Source: Chiloscyllium plagiosum (taxonomy: Eukaryota). From it: a stretch of DNA of 55,324 bases. The notes under the pieces are model-generated. The model was not told the DNA's origin, made no database searches, and worked only from the letters and a program-made list of their open reading frames with translations. The position numbers and the translations under genes were made by a program. This document shows, one piece after another, positions 35,701 through 47,361 of the stretch; position 1 is the first letter of the stretch; every line of letters begins with the position of its first letter. The stretch spans positions 75,017,106-75,072,429 of the forward strand of contig NC_057719.1 in the NCBI RefSeq assembly GCF_004010195.1. Direction: 5' to 3'.

Positions 35701-37573
35701 TTAATGAAGTATTTGGGTCAGCACTTGAAACGTCATAGCTACGGGACAAGTGCTGGAAAGTGGGATTAGAAAAGGTTGATGCTTGATGACTGACGATACA
35801 GAATGGGCCAAAGGGCTGCATTCCATGCTGTAATTCTCTATGACTCGCAATGATTCTGTGCCTCAAATCTGATGGTGTGATCATTGGCCGCGTGTGATTT
35901 GTCCTGCTTTTCATGTGCAGGACCTACCTGGGCAATATTGTACATTGTTGGCTAGATGCCAGTGTTGTTGTAGCATGGCTAGGGGTACAGCTGGTTCTGG
36001 AGCGTGAGTACTATTTGCCAGACTGTTGTCAGCCTTTGTACATCAAGCTACTTCTTGTTTAGATGTGGAGTGAATCGAATTGGTTGAAGACTTGTGATGG
36101 TAACGCTGGGAGTGTTGGGCGATGATGCAGTGCTCAAATTCATGTATCAGTAATACACCATATTGATCTTCGGCAATGGCTCCGGCACCTCAGTGACCAG
36201 CTTATGTGAACAGTGATATTCAGGCGATTTGATCTGTCTGGTATGTCCTTGTGTATCGCAAGACAAAGACTCCTTCCATCACCTCCCACCTTTACCTGTT
36301 CACTACTATGACCCTCGCAAGTTGCACAGGAGAGGCAAATTATCAGAAAATGTTTTAAAAACCCAGACGAAACTGGGAAAACCAGTCTGGGGAATTCTAC
36401 TGTAATCCCTTTAGGCATTTGAAACTTCTTCTGGCAATCTCTTTAGTCTCGATTAATATCACCGACCAGTTTGGTCCGCTGTCGTATCTTCACTCTTCTG
36501 GTTGTTCAGATGCGAGGAAGATTTTGAAGCTGTGGCTAATGGATAAAAAAGGGTTGTTGATGAATTGTTCACTCGGAGCCCCTTAATCTGCATGGATAAG
36601 ACTGTAGCAATCCCTTTGTCTCTCTCCCCCACCATCTTGAGAGGAAAAATCCCATATTTGCAAAATGATATCTGCCTTTATTGTCCTTCTGACTTTGAGC
36701 TTTAGTTTGCTGTACACAATGACGCTGAACTGTCCCCAGATGATTGACAACGCTTGCGCACACAGGACAGAGCTGAGTGCTGACTGACTGAGTGGTTCCC
36801 ATTCACCCAAAATGCTCTCTTCCTGTTTTTGCTTCTGCTGACCTTGACTTCAGCAGATGCTGGTGGTGACTGTTAGTCATTAGCAGTGAATGTGACCTGT
36901 AAGTGAGCTAACTTCCTAATTAGCATTAAATGCATGTGGGAACTGTTAGCACGGGGACAATTAGCCATTACTGGCCAAATTGTGTGAAGCATCCCAATCA
37001 GTCTGCGAATATGGTTCAAATTTACAAGGCACCTGCTACGAATATGTCAGACCTTTTATTAGAAATTGCTAATAGTTAACCAATTAAACAAAAACCAGAG
37101 TTCCTATTGGATAAAAGAAATAACATTGAGACAACTGTTCAAAGTTAGGCAAGACTGATGCTTACATAATTCAATTGATTTGGAGCTACTTAGAGCCTTG
37201 AAATATGCATTACCCTTACGGCATTTTATTTGGCAATAATTTCCAAGCACAGTAAAGGTTCTTTGTGAACCCTTCAAAGTGGCTGCTTTTTGTATCCTGT
37301 GCTTGAGAGTTTGGAAAAAAATCAACTTTGCCATTAATGCAAATTAGCTTTCCACGTGGCAGTGTAAGATTTGGGAGGTTAATCGTGAAATGAAATACAT
37401 CACTGTTGTGGGCCAGTGATTTGGAAAGGAAAGAGGCAGTCAAGCCATCAAGAGTTGAAAGAAAATGGCAACAGGAAACGTTTTGTAGTGAAGCATTGGA
37501 CCTGTGAAGGATTTAGGATGCAGTGATGGACCTCCAGAAGGACTGCGGGAGTTAGCAAAGCCTGAAGAGATTA

Positions 37574-37982
37574 AAAAACTGCAGATGCTGGAATCCAAGA
37601 TAGACAGGTAGGAGGCTGGAAGAACACAGCAAGCCAGGCAGCATCAGGAGATGCAGAAGTCGACATTTCGGGTGTAACCCTTCTTCAGGACTGGAGGTGG
37701 ATGTGTGGGGAACTGCAGATAAAGAGGATGGTGGGGGCAGGGAGGTGAAGTGGGGATAGGTGAAGACAGGTCATCCTCCACTTTCAAATAACCTCCCAGC
37801 CCCTTCCCCTCCCTCCACTCCTCCCTGCCACCAACCGGATTCATTCCTCCCATTGACCAACTAGGCTGTACTCTCAGCCTGTCTTTACCTGTCACTACTT
37901 CACCAGCCTGACCTCGCCACCCCCTTTATCTGAAGCTCCTCCTACACCCACCCCAGTCCTGAAGAAGGGTTACGCTCGAAAA
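37574..37982. mobile_element. PLE family D inverted terminal-repeat structure
   Basis: Minus copy about 37574-37770 and plus copy about 37775-37982 share cagtcctgaagaagggttac. Homologous to 51254-51700. Confidence 0.82.
37658..37692 (-). ncRNA. Minimal hammerhead ribozyme motif (family D)
   Basis: Minus strand AGTC-CTGAAGA-A-GGGT-tac-ACCC-GAAA-TGTC-GACT. 4-bp helix I and 4-bp helix II. Confidence 0.75.
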
Positions 37983-38336
37983 ATGGGAAGCTTGCAGACA
38001 GGAGAGAGGAATCTAGGGAACAATCATTGTTGGAGAAAGAAAAATGGTTGGCAGTTTATTTTGTTAATGATTTGGTTTATCTACCCTCAGTTGCCAGTAC
38101 CCCTGTTGAATCTAATGCTTAGAATAGTGATTGGTACAGCTTCCCTGAATATTTACCTCTGATTTTGACTCCCTGCAGTGATTTCATGGCCACAGAGAAC
38201 TTGGGTTCAAATCCAAAGGTGATATAAAAGCAAATACATATTTGGGGGAATATCATTTCTAATCCAAAGCTGATCCTTTAAAGGCATGTGTATAAATTCC
38301 AAATCTCACCATAAAGAATTTAAATTCTGTTCATAG

Positions 38337-38675
38337 TGGGCTTTTGTGGTGCAGTGGTAGAGAGTGGTGCATGTATGGAATGAACTGCCAGAAGAAGTGG
38401 TGGAGGTAGATACAATTACAACATTGAAAAGGCATCCGGACGGGTATATGAATGGGAGGGGTTTAGAGGAATACGGGGCCAAGTGCTGGCAAGTGGACCA
38501 GATTGAGTTAGGATATCTGGTCGACATGGATGAGTTGAACTGAAGGGTCTGTTTCCGTGCTGTGCAACTCTATGATTCTATGGTCGTGCCCATCCCTCTG
38601 AGATAGGAGGCCTGGGTTCGAGTCCCACCTGGTCCAGAGGTGTGTAGTAAAATTTCTGAGCAGGCTGATTAAAAA
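38337..38675 (+). mobile_element. Short tRNA-derived SINE split by a CR1 3' end (about 38360-38580)
   Basis: gtggtgcagtggtag | CR1 | tggtcgtgcccatccctctgag..gggttcgagtccc. Confidence 0.7.
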
Positions 38676-39849
38676 ATTACCTAATGTTAATGCTGGGTAT
38701 GTTTCCAACAAGTGATCTGTACTGATAGGATTTGGAAAAACAATTAATTAAAATGGGGAGCGAAAGGAGATTCTTGATTCTGTGTGGAGACAAGTGTGAG
38801 ATTTACTTGAGAAAAACAGTGCTTTGGTTCAAAAACAATCTGGCCAGCACAAAAGCAGCTGGATATTAGTTCAGAAGGCATCGTCCTTTTTGTGGATATG
38901 TACTTCTGCTCTGTTTCTTTGTGTCATTGCTAATCCGTTGAAGAAAGCCAGGCTTACTAATATTAATTTGAAGTTGCCAGTAAATTATCCTTAGTTTTAT
39001 AGAAATTCCACACAATGCGATGTTCAGACTTATCTCCATGATTTTTATGTGGTTTCAAAAAGTCATCATCAAAACAAGACTACATTTTGTAAAATAAACG
39101 TCAACTCATTTTTGATGAGGCTACTCCTTTGAAGGGGAAAGTTTTGTTGATCAAGTTATCGATAAGCTGTAACCTCCTCAAATGGTGGATAGCTGAAAGA
39201 ATCCAGAGGAAGACAGCTTCTTTTTGTTCTTTCATGTGATGTTGGCATCAGTGTATTGGCCAGCAACTATTGCCCTCAGAAGTGAACCTTGAGATGATGG
39301 TGTTGGGCACCTTTTTGAACTGCTGTGCCCCATGGTGGGGAGATACTTTCACAGTACTGTTAAGAAGGGAGCTTCAGCAATTTGCTCCAACAATACTGCT
39401 CCAAGTCTGGGTGGCTGGGGAGAGGAACATCCGGACTGCAGCGTTCCCATGTCTCCTACTCTAGGTGGTAGAAGTGGTGGTTTTGGAAAGTATCAATGAA
39501 GGAGCCTTGCTGAGTTGTTACAGTGCACCTTGCAGATAGTGCGCTCTGCATCGGTTGTGGGGGAAATGACTTTCAAGGTGGCTGAGTAGTACCAGCTTTG
39601 GGGTGGCACAGTGGCTAGCACTGCTGCCTCATAGCACCAGGGATCCAGGTTCAATTCCAGCCTTGAGTGACTGTCTGTCTGTGTGGATTTCCTCTGAGTG
39701 AAAGAATATAGAAACCTGACAGAAATGTTGACTTGAAGAAGATGTTGCTTTTGTCATTAAAATAATAAGACAGTATGTTTTGGTTGAAATGCAGCAGCAA
39801 TTTGAAATAAATAGTTTAAAGAGAATAATCATAGAATTAAGTACATACC

Positions 39850-40072
39850 AACCCCCCCAAAGAGCACTGCACTCCATCCCTGTAATGCTGTATTTCCCAT
39901 GGCTAATCCACCTAACCTGCACGTTTTTAGACTGTGGGAGGAAACTGGAGCACCCGGAGAAAACCCACGCAGACTCAGGGAGAGCATGCAAGCTCCACAT
40001 AGACCACCCAAGGGTGGAATTGAACCTGGGTCCCTGGAGCTGTGCGGCAGCAGTGCTAACCGCTGAGCCACC
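39850..40072 (-). mobile_element. V-SINE (HE1-like); a + strand head fragment also lies at about 39601-39690
   Basis: Reverse complement of the SINE head and V-domain. Confidence 0.85.
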
Positions 40073-43000
40073 TTTAATGTTAGATGTTAGCAGGCATTCT
40101 CTTTGTAGGAAGTTGCAAGCAGTCACTAGCACTTGCAGAAACTTGGTGAAATATTGCCTTCAGAGTAGAAAAACATGCAAAGGGGCCACATAGAAACACA
40201 ATCAGATAGAAATGGTCACAGAGCCAAAGAGCTTGGTGACTCCAATCTTTTGTTTCAAAAAGGGTCTTGAAGGAGAATAAGATGGAGAGAAAAATTTGAC
40301 AGTGGGCTTGATTAACTAATACCACCCATCCGAAAAACTGGGCCGCAGCCTTTAAATCTCTGTTCTGTCTTATGCCAAAGAAACACAACACGACAGTGGT
40401 GGGGTTCCAACTGTTTGAGGTTGATTTTATTCATGATTAGATAGTCTATCTTTTCATCAAAATTGCAAATCTTTCCAACGTTTATCTCAGGTTGAGAGTT
40501 TATTAGGCTTACATTACAAGCAACAATGCTTAGATGTGCACTTGAAGTGTTGTATTTACAGATGCAGCCTGAGTGTGTTACAGTTCTGATTATACCACAG
40601 TTAATGTACAGCTCAGTGTGAGAACAGTATCGTGTATTTGCACCTTACTGATAAATTACTTAACGAGCAGTTATTTTCCTTCTCAAACAATAAGAGTTAG
40701 AAAAGCCTCTTCCTTTCTTCTCATATCAAAAGTATTTTCTCTTGATATAACTGGAGGGGTTAATGATAAATCTGCCTTTGATTCTATATCATTCAGCACC
40801 AACTGATTTCCCCCATTCTACAGAAACGCCAATTAAAAGATAATACTTCTCCAGATGCTTTCTTTTCCCAGGGCTAACCTCTGTCCTTGTACCTTTATCA
40901 TTGATTACAGCTCCTTGAAACATAAGCAGTCTGCATTAGCTGTCTGCAATTAAATCCTCTCACTAAACAGGGGAATGCTTCACATTAAAATTCCCCGGAG
41001 CATTGTTCAGATCATTGATTCAAAATTGAATCATATCTCACTAGTTCAACAAACAATTGATAACATTACTTTCATATTAAAAAGGAAATAGAGCAGTTCA
41101 ACTTCTGCACATTTAAAGTCAGTGTGATTAACTACTTTCTCACACTGTTGACTTGACATTTTCTTTATTTCCACTGAATCTGAAAGCAGTTGGTTAGTTC
41201 TGAGAAGAACAGAAAAGTAAATTTTAAGTTAACTTTCTTTAATTTTGAAATATTATAAAGCATTAAAGCCCAGAATTTTATTCTTGATTTTGAAACTCCA
41301 AAGCCAGGAACAGCTAGAAGTCCTGAGCCCATGCTAGCTGACGAAGATGAGGCAGTCACATATTAAGGATGGTGGGTGGTGTCCGGCTGCTGTCTTCTCT
41401 GGTAGTGTACCAGCAGGACTGCAGCCTGGGCAGTTTCGTTTGGGGAGGCTGTTGAGGCACATCTGAGTACGCCAATGTGCCAGAGCATGGGGTGGGGTCC
41501 TTGGAGCTGTGCATCTGAAATGGAAATTCTGAGGGGTAAAGCCAGTGTGGCCGCCCCTCCAGCTGAATTGTTTGGGCTACGGATGCAGCCTTTGTTACCT
41601 GCACTTTCCTCTTTTTGGGGGATGGAGCTTTCTGCTCTGATTTCCCCATAGGGAGGCCATGTCCATTGAGCTGACAGCCCCTGGCCACAGTGAGTGAATT
41701 TGCAAAATGGCCTCAAATCAGCCTCTTGATGGAGTGGGCAGCTGATCCTGCTCAGAGCCTATCTCCCGGTGTGACCTTAGGTGACACAGCCCTGGGCAAC
41801 AAGTCTCTACAAACATTATGTTGGTGCTTCACTTTGTAAGCCTGAGGCTCAGGCTAATGCTTTGCATATTTGGGTTCAACCCCCACTGCAGCAGTTGATG
41901 GGATTGAAACCCAGTCTGGAAATAGAAGGTTCCTTTGACAGCTACCATCGATTGTTGTAAAAATACCAGCTTGTTCAATGGAAATCCTTTCCCTGTCTGG
42001 CTAACACGTGACTACTGAGTCACAGCAAAGTGGTTGATTGTTATCTGTGCTCTGGGTGGCCTACTGAGCCACTCCATTCAAGGACAGTTAGGGCTGGCAA
42101 AAAAAACTGGTCTTGTCAGCAACTCCGACATCCCATGGAAGAGTTAACAAACCACTTGGAGTAAGGAGTTCGATAGAGTTGGAGATCTGTCTGCTCATTG
42201 GTTGACCAAAGGGAGACATTGGTTATGCGGTTTTGAAAGTGCAAGCAGTGAAGAAACACCATTCCTTCTGCTACTTCTCTCAGTCCAGGTACAAGGCAGC
42301 TTATCATTTGTTAATCATGTTACTTTGGCAGATATCCCACGCCATTGCATGGCAATGTATAAACTAACTAATGTAACACAGTAAGGCTTATTTCCTGTAA
42401 AGTCTATCTGTGAGACCAACTTAACAAATCCAACATTGTCCTGCAAAAGAACAGATTCCATTGTATATTAAGGATGTGGCTGCAATATGTGGAAAATCCA
42501 ATGCTCATTATCTTGCTGCTGTTTAGATATCAACAATCTCTTGAAAGGAATACGCAGGTCGCTACCCTTATGACAACACAATACTTGTATAGTGTTACAA
42601 AAGAGGCAAAACTGAATATAAACCGCCCCTATGCAATAAAAAGACCACACAGTTGAACAAGAAGTCTTGTGACTGATTTCTGAGCCTTGCTTTGAAATGC
42701 TCTTTTGTGCAACAAAAGACTGAATACATTGCGACAGTGCATGATTTGTCTTCAAATAAAACTGTTTGCCTTTCCAAAGCGGTTGACGCACTAAAGAGAG
42801 GTTTTTTTCTGCTGTATCTGAACATCTCACACTTTACCACCATTAACATCCTTTGAACAGTGTGGTATTCTCCGCTTTTCTGATTTGATTTTTGTCTCCA
42901 CTCTTCTTTGGGTTTGGTTGTAAAGCTGCTGGGCGACTCCATTGGAGCATTTTCACCTCTGAATCTGAAAGTTCAGAGATCCGGCAACTAGAGAACAAAC

Positions 43001-44204
43001 ACTAGGCAGAGTCCGTTCTGAAGGAGTGCTGCACTATTGATCGGCTGTCCTTCAGCTGAGACCTGGCCATATTTCAGAGGAGAACTTGAGAGTTTTCCCA
43101 ATCCCCTGGCCATCAATCCTGCAATCCCTCAAATATCATGCCAATAGCTCGTTTACTTTAATACTGTCTGTGATTCTCTGTGTGTAAATTGGAACTCTCA
43201 TGACTTAGCTTAAAACAATGACTGCTCTTGAAGTATGCTTCGTTGACTGGAAAGTGTTTTTTTTTCCAGTCATGATGGTTATATAGGTTACTAATGTGCA
43301 TATGATTCAAGAAAGCCATTGGTTATGTTTGGCCCCTGATGGTGAGTGCTGGTAAGCCAACTAACTCTGAGCAGTGTCTTTGCTGAACTGTATTATGTCC
43401 TTATGCAAGACACAGGCACTTTTATGTCCAGCTGGAAATGATTGAGGGTTTCCCTCCCTTAAGCCATGGCATTGTACAGAGTGGATGAATGCAATTCCCA
43501 CAACACTCAAGAAGCTTAATACCCATCAGGACAAAGTAGACCATTTGATTGGTGGCCCCATCCACCACCTTCAACATTCACTCCCTCCAACACAAACGTG
43601 CAGTCACCGCAGTGAGTGCCATCTACAAGATGCTCTGCAGCATCTCCTCAAGGCTCTTTCGACAGCACCTTCCAAACCCATGACCTCTACCACTTAGAAG
43701 TTCAAAGACAACTGCAGGTTCCCTGCAAGCTATGCATCATCTTAATTTGGAAATATATGGTCGTTCCTTTACTGTCAATGGGTCAAAATCCTGGAATTCC
43801 CTCCGTAACAGCACTGTTGGTGTACCTATATCCTAAAACTTAGATCTTGCATGAAACTCAAAAACCGTTAACAGTGTACATTACACCATAATTGTTTATA
43901 TAGTTCTGCTATTCCCAAAGTCTGTGGACTGAATCTTACACTTTTTTGTCTAAGTCTGAATTGTATCGGTTTGTTTTTCCTGGAGGGTTTGTTGCTGAGA
44001 AACCTAGGAAGTTTTCTCACACCGTTTTACTGAATTCACTTCATTAATTACCTACTTCATCCCGACGGCACCTCTGATTACTGCTCCATCTTACCATGCA
44101 GCATTCCCAGAACAACTCACCACTCAGCGGATATTCTGGCATTTACCAGCATTGCTTGCGTTACACTTGAATGACTATTTTGCACCCAGATAAGCACTGT
44201 CAGC

Positions 44205-44375
44205 ATGGAACAGCCCTGCACAGTTCCTGACATGTGTTCCTGGAGCTCCTGCTGAATGGGCTGGTACCGACAAGTGATTTCCTCTTCCCCCAGGACCAGC
44301 AGTGGAGGCCGTGACACCAGACCGGCCCAGCCTGCTCTGAGGTTGCCACCTGGGTTAGTTTAGTCTCAGTCACCT
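44205..44375 (+). mobile_element. Possible Harbinger-type Myb/SANT coding relic
   Basis: Manual translation ELLLNGLVPTSDFLFPQDQQWRP*HQTGPACSEVATWVS resembles the Myb/SANT-like pattern (L..LL..V..R..LF.....AW.EVA..VS). Confidence 0.35.
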
Positions 44376-44704
44376 GGAAGAATGCCTTGTCCTCAAACAC
44401 GACAATGCTATATTTTGACCAATCACAACAGCTTGTGCAACAGGATATAAAAAGTTCTGGGTTGGCATGTCGGCTGTCAATGACCAAGGAGTTGCCATGG
44501 AGGAAGCAGTTGTGATGGATTGTTTGAAATTCGGGATTCTTGCATTTGTCCTGATGAGTGCATTGTATAACTTGCTCTTCCAACAATATACAAAGTCTGC
44601 ATGACTAAACTGCTTACTTTTTAACACACATCTCTTTCAAATTTTGGCACTTATAGCTCTTAAAATGTTCAAGTGAGGTTGATGGGTTGAAGTTAGGAAT
44701 CTTG

Positions 44705-44870
44705 GGTACAATTACAACATTTAAAAAGCATCTGGATGGGTACATGAGTAGGAAGGGTTTAGAGGGATATGGGCCAAGTGCTGGCAAATGGGACTAGATT
44801 AATTTAGGAAACCTGGTCGGCATGGATGAGATGGACCAAAGTGTCTGTTTCTGTGCTGTACAACCCCATA
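44705..44870 (+). mobile_element. CR1 3' end
   Basis: ggtacaattacaacatttaaaaagcatctggatgggtacatgagtaggaagggtttagagggatatgggcc. Confidence 0.85.
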
Positions 44871-45248
44871 CTGCCTACTTGAGCAGGGTAAGCAGTGATC
44901 AACTTTTTGCATTTAGTTATTCCAAGCAATTTATCCACAGTGTTATTGAAGCTCTTCTATAAATGGAGCTTTGGTAGCATGATTTAAAGTTCAGTTCATA
45001 ATGCAGACCAGACAAATTTATCCAGTGTTGGATAACAATATGTTGGTGCACATTCCAGTGTAATATTTGCCAGTTTCCAATGTGCAGATAGCCTCTTCAG
45101 TGCTTGAACTAAACATAAGCAGCTTACTCCCATACACGCTTGATAAAGAAGACAGATTTGTCTTTGCCAATTCTAATGCACAGTACTAATGTCCATCTGT
45201 GAACACATTCCATTGGATTCTGGGAGCTGTGGCGGCTCTGTAGTAAAG

Positions 45249-45284
45249 GTGTGTGTGTGTGTGTGTGTGTGTGAGTGTGTGTGT

Positions 45285-45317
<33 letters not shown>

Positions 45318-45318
45318 T
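45249..45318. repeat. (TG)n microsatellite with two A interruptions
   Basis: Directly visible. Confidence 0.97.
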
Positions 45319-45379
45319 ATTGTTCTGCACATTCTTACATGCCCCACTATGACTAGTATGTAGCTTCAGAATCTAGTGA

Positions 45380-46435
45380 ATGCTGAAAATCAGGAATGAA
45401 AGTAGGAAGTCACTCAACAGTATCTGTGGAGAGAGAAACAGAGTCAACATTTTGAGTCAACAATCTTTCATCAGAAGTGGGTAAGATTGAAATATAATAG
45501 CTTAGAAGGAGCTAGGCTGGGAAGGGAGGGGGGAGCTAAAGGCAGAGTTGTCATGGAGGAGAGGGCGGTTAAGTGATAAAAGTTTGTGGCATTGGACAGA
45601 CAAGGATTGTAAATGGAGAAGTAAAGAAATGAGAGATGTGTCTAGAGGAGGTGTGAAAGGCGGGAGGTCAAACAGCTGCAAAAGCAGAAGTAAGAAAAGA
45701 ATAAAGTAAAAACAAATTCTGCAGAGGAAAAGGTAGCCATTGGAGGCAGAGATTATGATCTGAATTGTTGAATTCCACTCCGAGTCCTTAAGGCTGGGAG
45801 GCAACTGATTGAAAAATGGTGTGTTGTCCATTCAGCTCATGTTACACTTCATGGGAATGCTGCAGGAGACTAAGGACAGAGATGCCAGCATGAGAACAAG
45901 GTGGAAGACTTAGAGGAAATGATATTATTGTGATATTGTCACTTGACTATTATAACCAGAGATTTGGGTTTGAATCCTGCCATAGCAGATGGTGAAATTT
46001 GAATTTAATAAAAAATCTGCAGTTAAGAAACCATTGTCAATTGTCAAAAAAGATCCATTTGATTCAGTAATGTCCTTTAATTGAGGAGGTCTGTCATTCT
46101 GACCTGGTCTGGCTGACATGTGACTCCAAATCCATGGTTATGTGGTTGATCCTTAACTTCCCTCCGAAATTGCCTCGCAAACCATTACTACTTCTCAAGG
46201 GCAACGAGGGATGGGCAGTAAATGCTGGCATCATTCGGTGATGCCCACGTCCCACGAGTGAATAAAAAAAAATGACGAGTGACTGGAAGCTCAAGGACAC
46301 ACTTGCAAATTGACTGGAGGTGTTGTACAAAACGGTCCCTCACTCTGCGCTTCAGTCTCCCACAAGATAAACCAATCACATTGTGAGACCACAGTCTACA
46401 CAGCTGAAAGAAGTACACATCTGGTTTCATCTGAT
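45380..46435 (-). mobile_element. Penelope-like element 3' part (family C): decayed GIY-YIG domain, 3' UTR and dead hammerhead, split by a SINE
   Basis: Minus strand KRRVRDRFVQHLQSICKCVLELPVTRHF (about 46350-46270), then CSHAGISVLSLLQ..QHTIFQ..QP*GLGVEFNN (45900-45765). CTGATGA..AAAATGTT at about 45445-45474. Confidence 0.78.
45923..46272 (+). mobile_element. tRNA-derived SINE with LINE-derived tail and poly-A
   Basis: gggtttgaatcc B-box-like motif, cctggtctggctgacatgtgactcca core, and gggatgggcagtaaatgctggc..gaataaaaaaaa tail shared with the 19.1/46.9 kb LINE family. Relatives near 41850-42150 and 48160-48330. Confidence 0.7.
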
Positions 46436-47156
46436 GAATATGTTTGGGGGGGGGTGCTGGGGGTTGAGGGGTGGTGGGGGAGAGAAAAGATAAAAAGGCA
46501 ATGAGTTGTATCAAGTCGCATTTGAAATGTCAACACTTCAAAGAACTTTCTACTACAGTCCTTTCAACTCTGTGGCAGCGTTCACCATGGACTTCACAAT
46601 GATTTATTGGAGAAAATGTAATCCAGATTAACCGGTTATCTATTGATGTAAAGGCTTTTGCAGTTGCTCTGTAGAGCTGTAGAATTCAGATAGTGTATCT
46701 TTCCAGTGGGTATTCTAATACTAATGCACAGCAGCTTTGGTGATCTTCTTAATTGAACGGTTTGGTGGTTGTATCACAACAGCAAGTTATTTGGTGCACT
46801 GACTATAGACACACAGCTTGGAAAATGGCAACCCCACCTCTTAGGGAAACGACTTATTTTTCTTTTTAAGTTCACTCACCAAACCTGGGCATCGCTGGTT
46901 GGGTCAGCATTTATTGCCTGTCCCTAGTTGCCCTTTTGGTGTGCGTAGACCCTCAATACAATTACGGAGGGTGTTCCAGGATTTTGACCCAGTGACCCTG
47001 AAGGCACGGCGATGTATTTCCAAGTCAGGGTGATGAGTGGTTTTGTGGCAGTGGGGTTCCCATGCATCTGCTACCTTTGTTCTTCCAGATGGTCGTAGTT
47101 GTAGGTTTGGAAGACGCTGCCTGAGGATCTGTGATGAATTTCTGCAGTGCATCTTG

Positions 47157-47361
47157 CACAATGTTAAAAATCATGCAACACCAGGTTATAGTCCTAACAG
47201 GTTTATTCGGAAGCACTAGCTTTTGGAGTGCTGCTCCTTCAGCTCCTGATGAAGGAGCAGCGTTCCGAAAGCTAGTGCTTCCGAATAAACCTGTTGGACT
47301 ATAACCTGGTGTTGGGTGATTTTTAAGTTTGTCCACCTCAATCCAACACCGGCACCTCCAA
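47157..47361. mobile_element. PLE family B fold-back insertion
   Basis: About 78-bp inverted arms, 47164-47241 / 47250-47326. ATCTTG duplicated at 47151-56 and 47362-67. Confidence 0.88.
47243..47277 (+). ncRNA. Minimal hammerhead ribozyme motif (family B)
   Basis: CTGATGA(47246-52)-A-GGAGC-agc-GTTCC-GAAA(47267-70)-GCTA-gtg. Helix III palindrome AGCT, NUH = CUA. Confidence 0.72.

Noticed and set aside
37520..37570. ggagttagcaaag resembling the SMOC1 C-terminal GVSK
   Set aside because: No EF-hand sequence in frame and a stop follows immediately; chance match.
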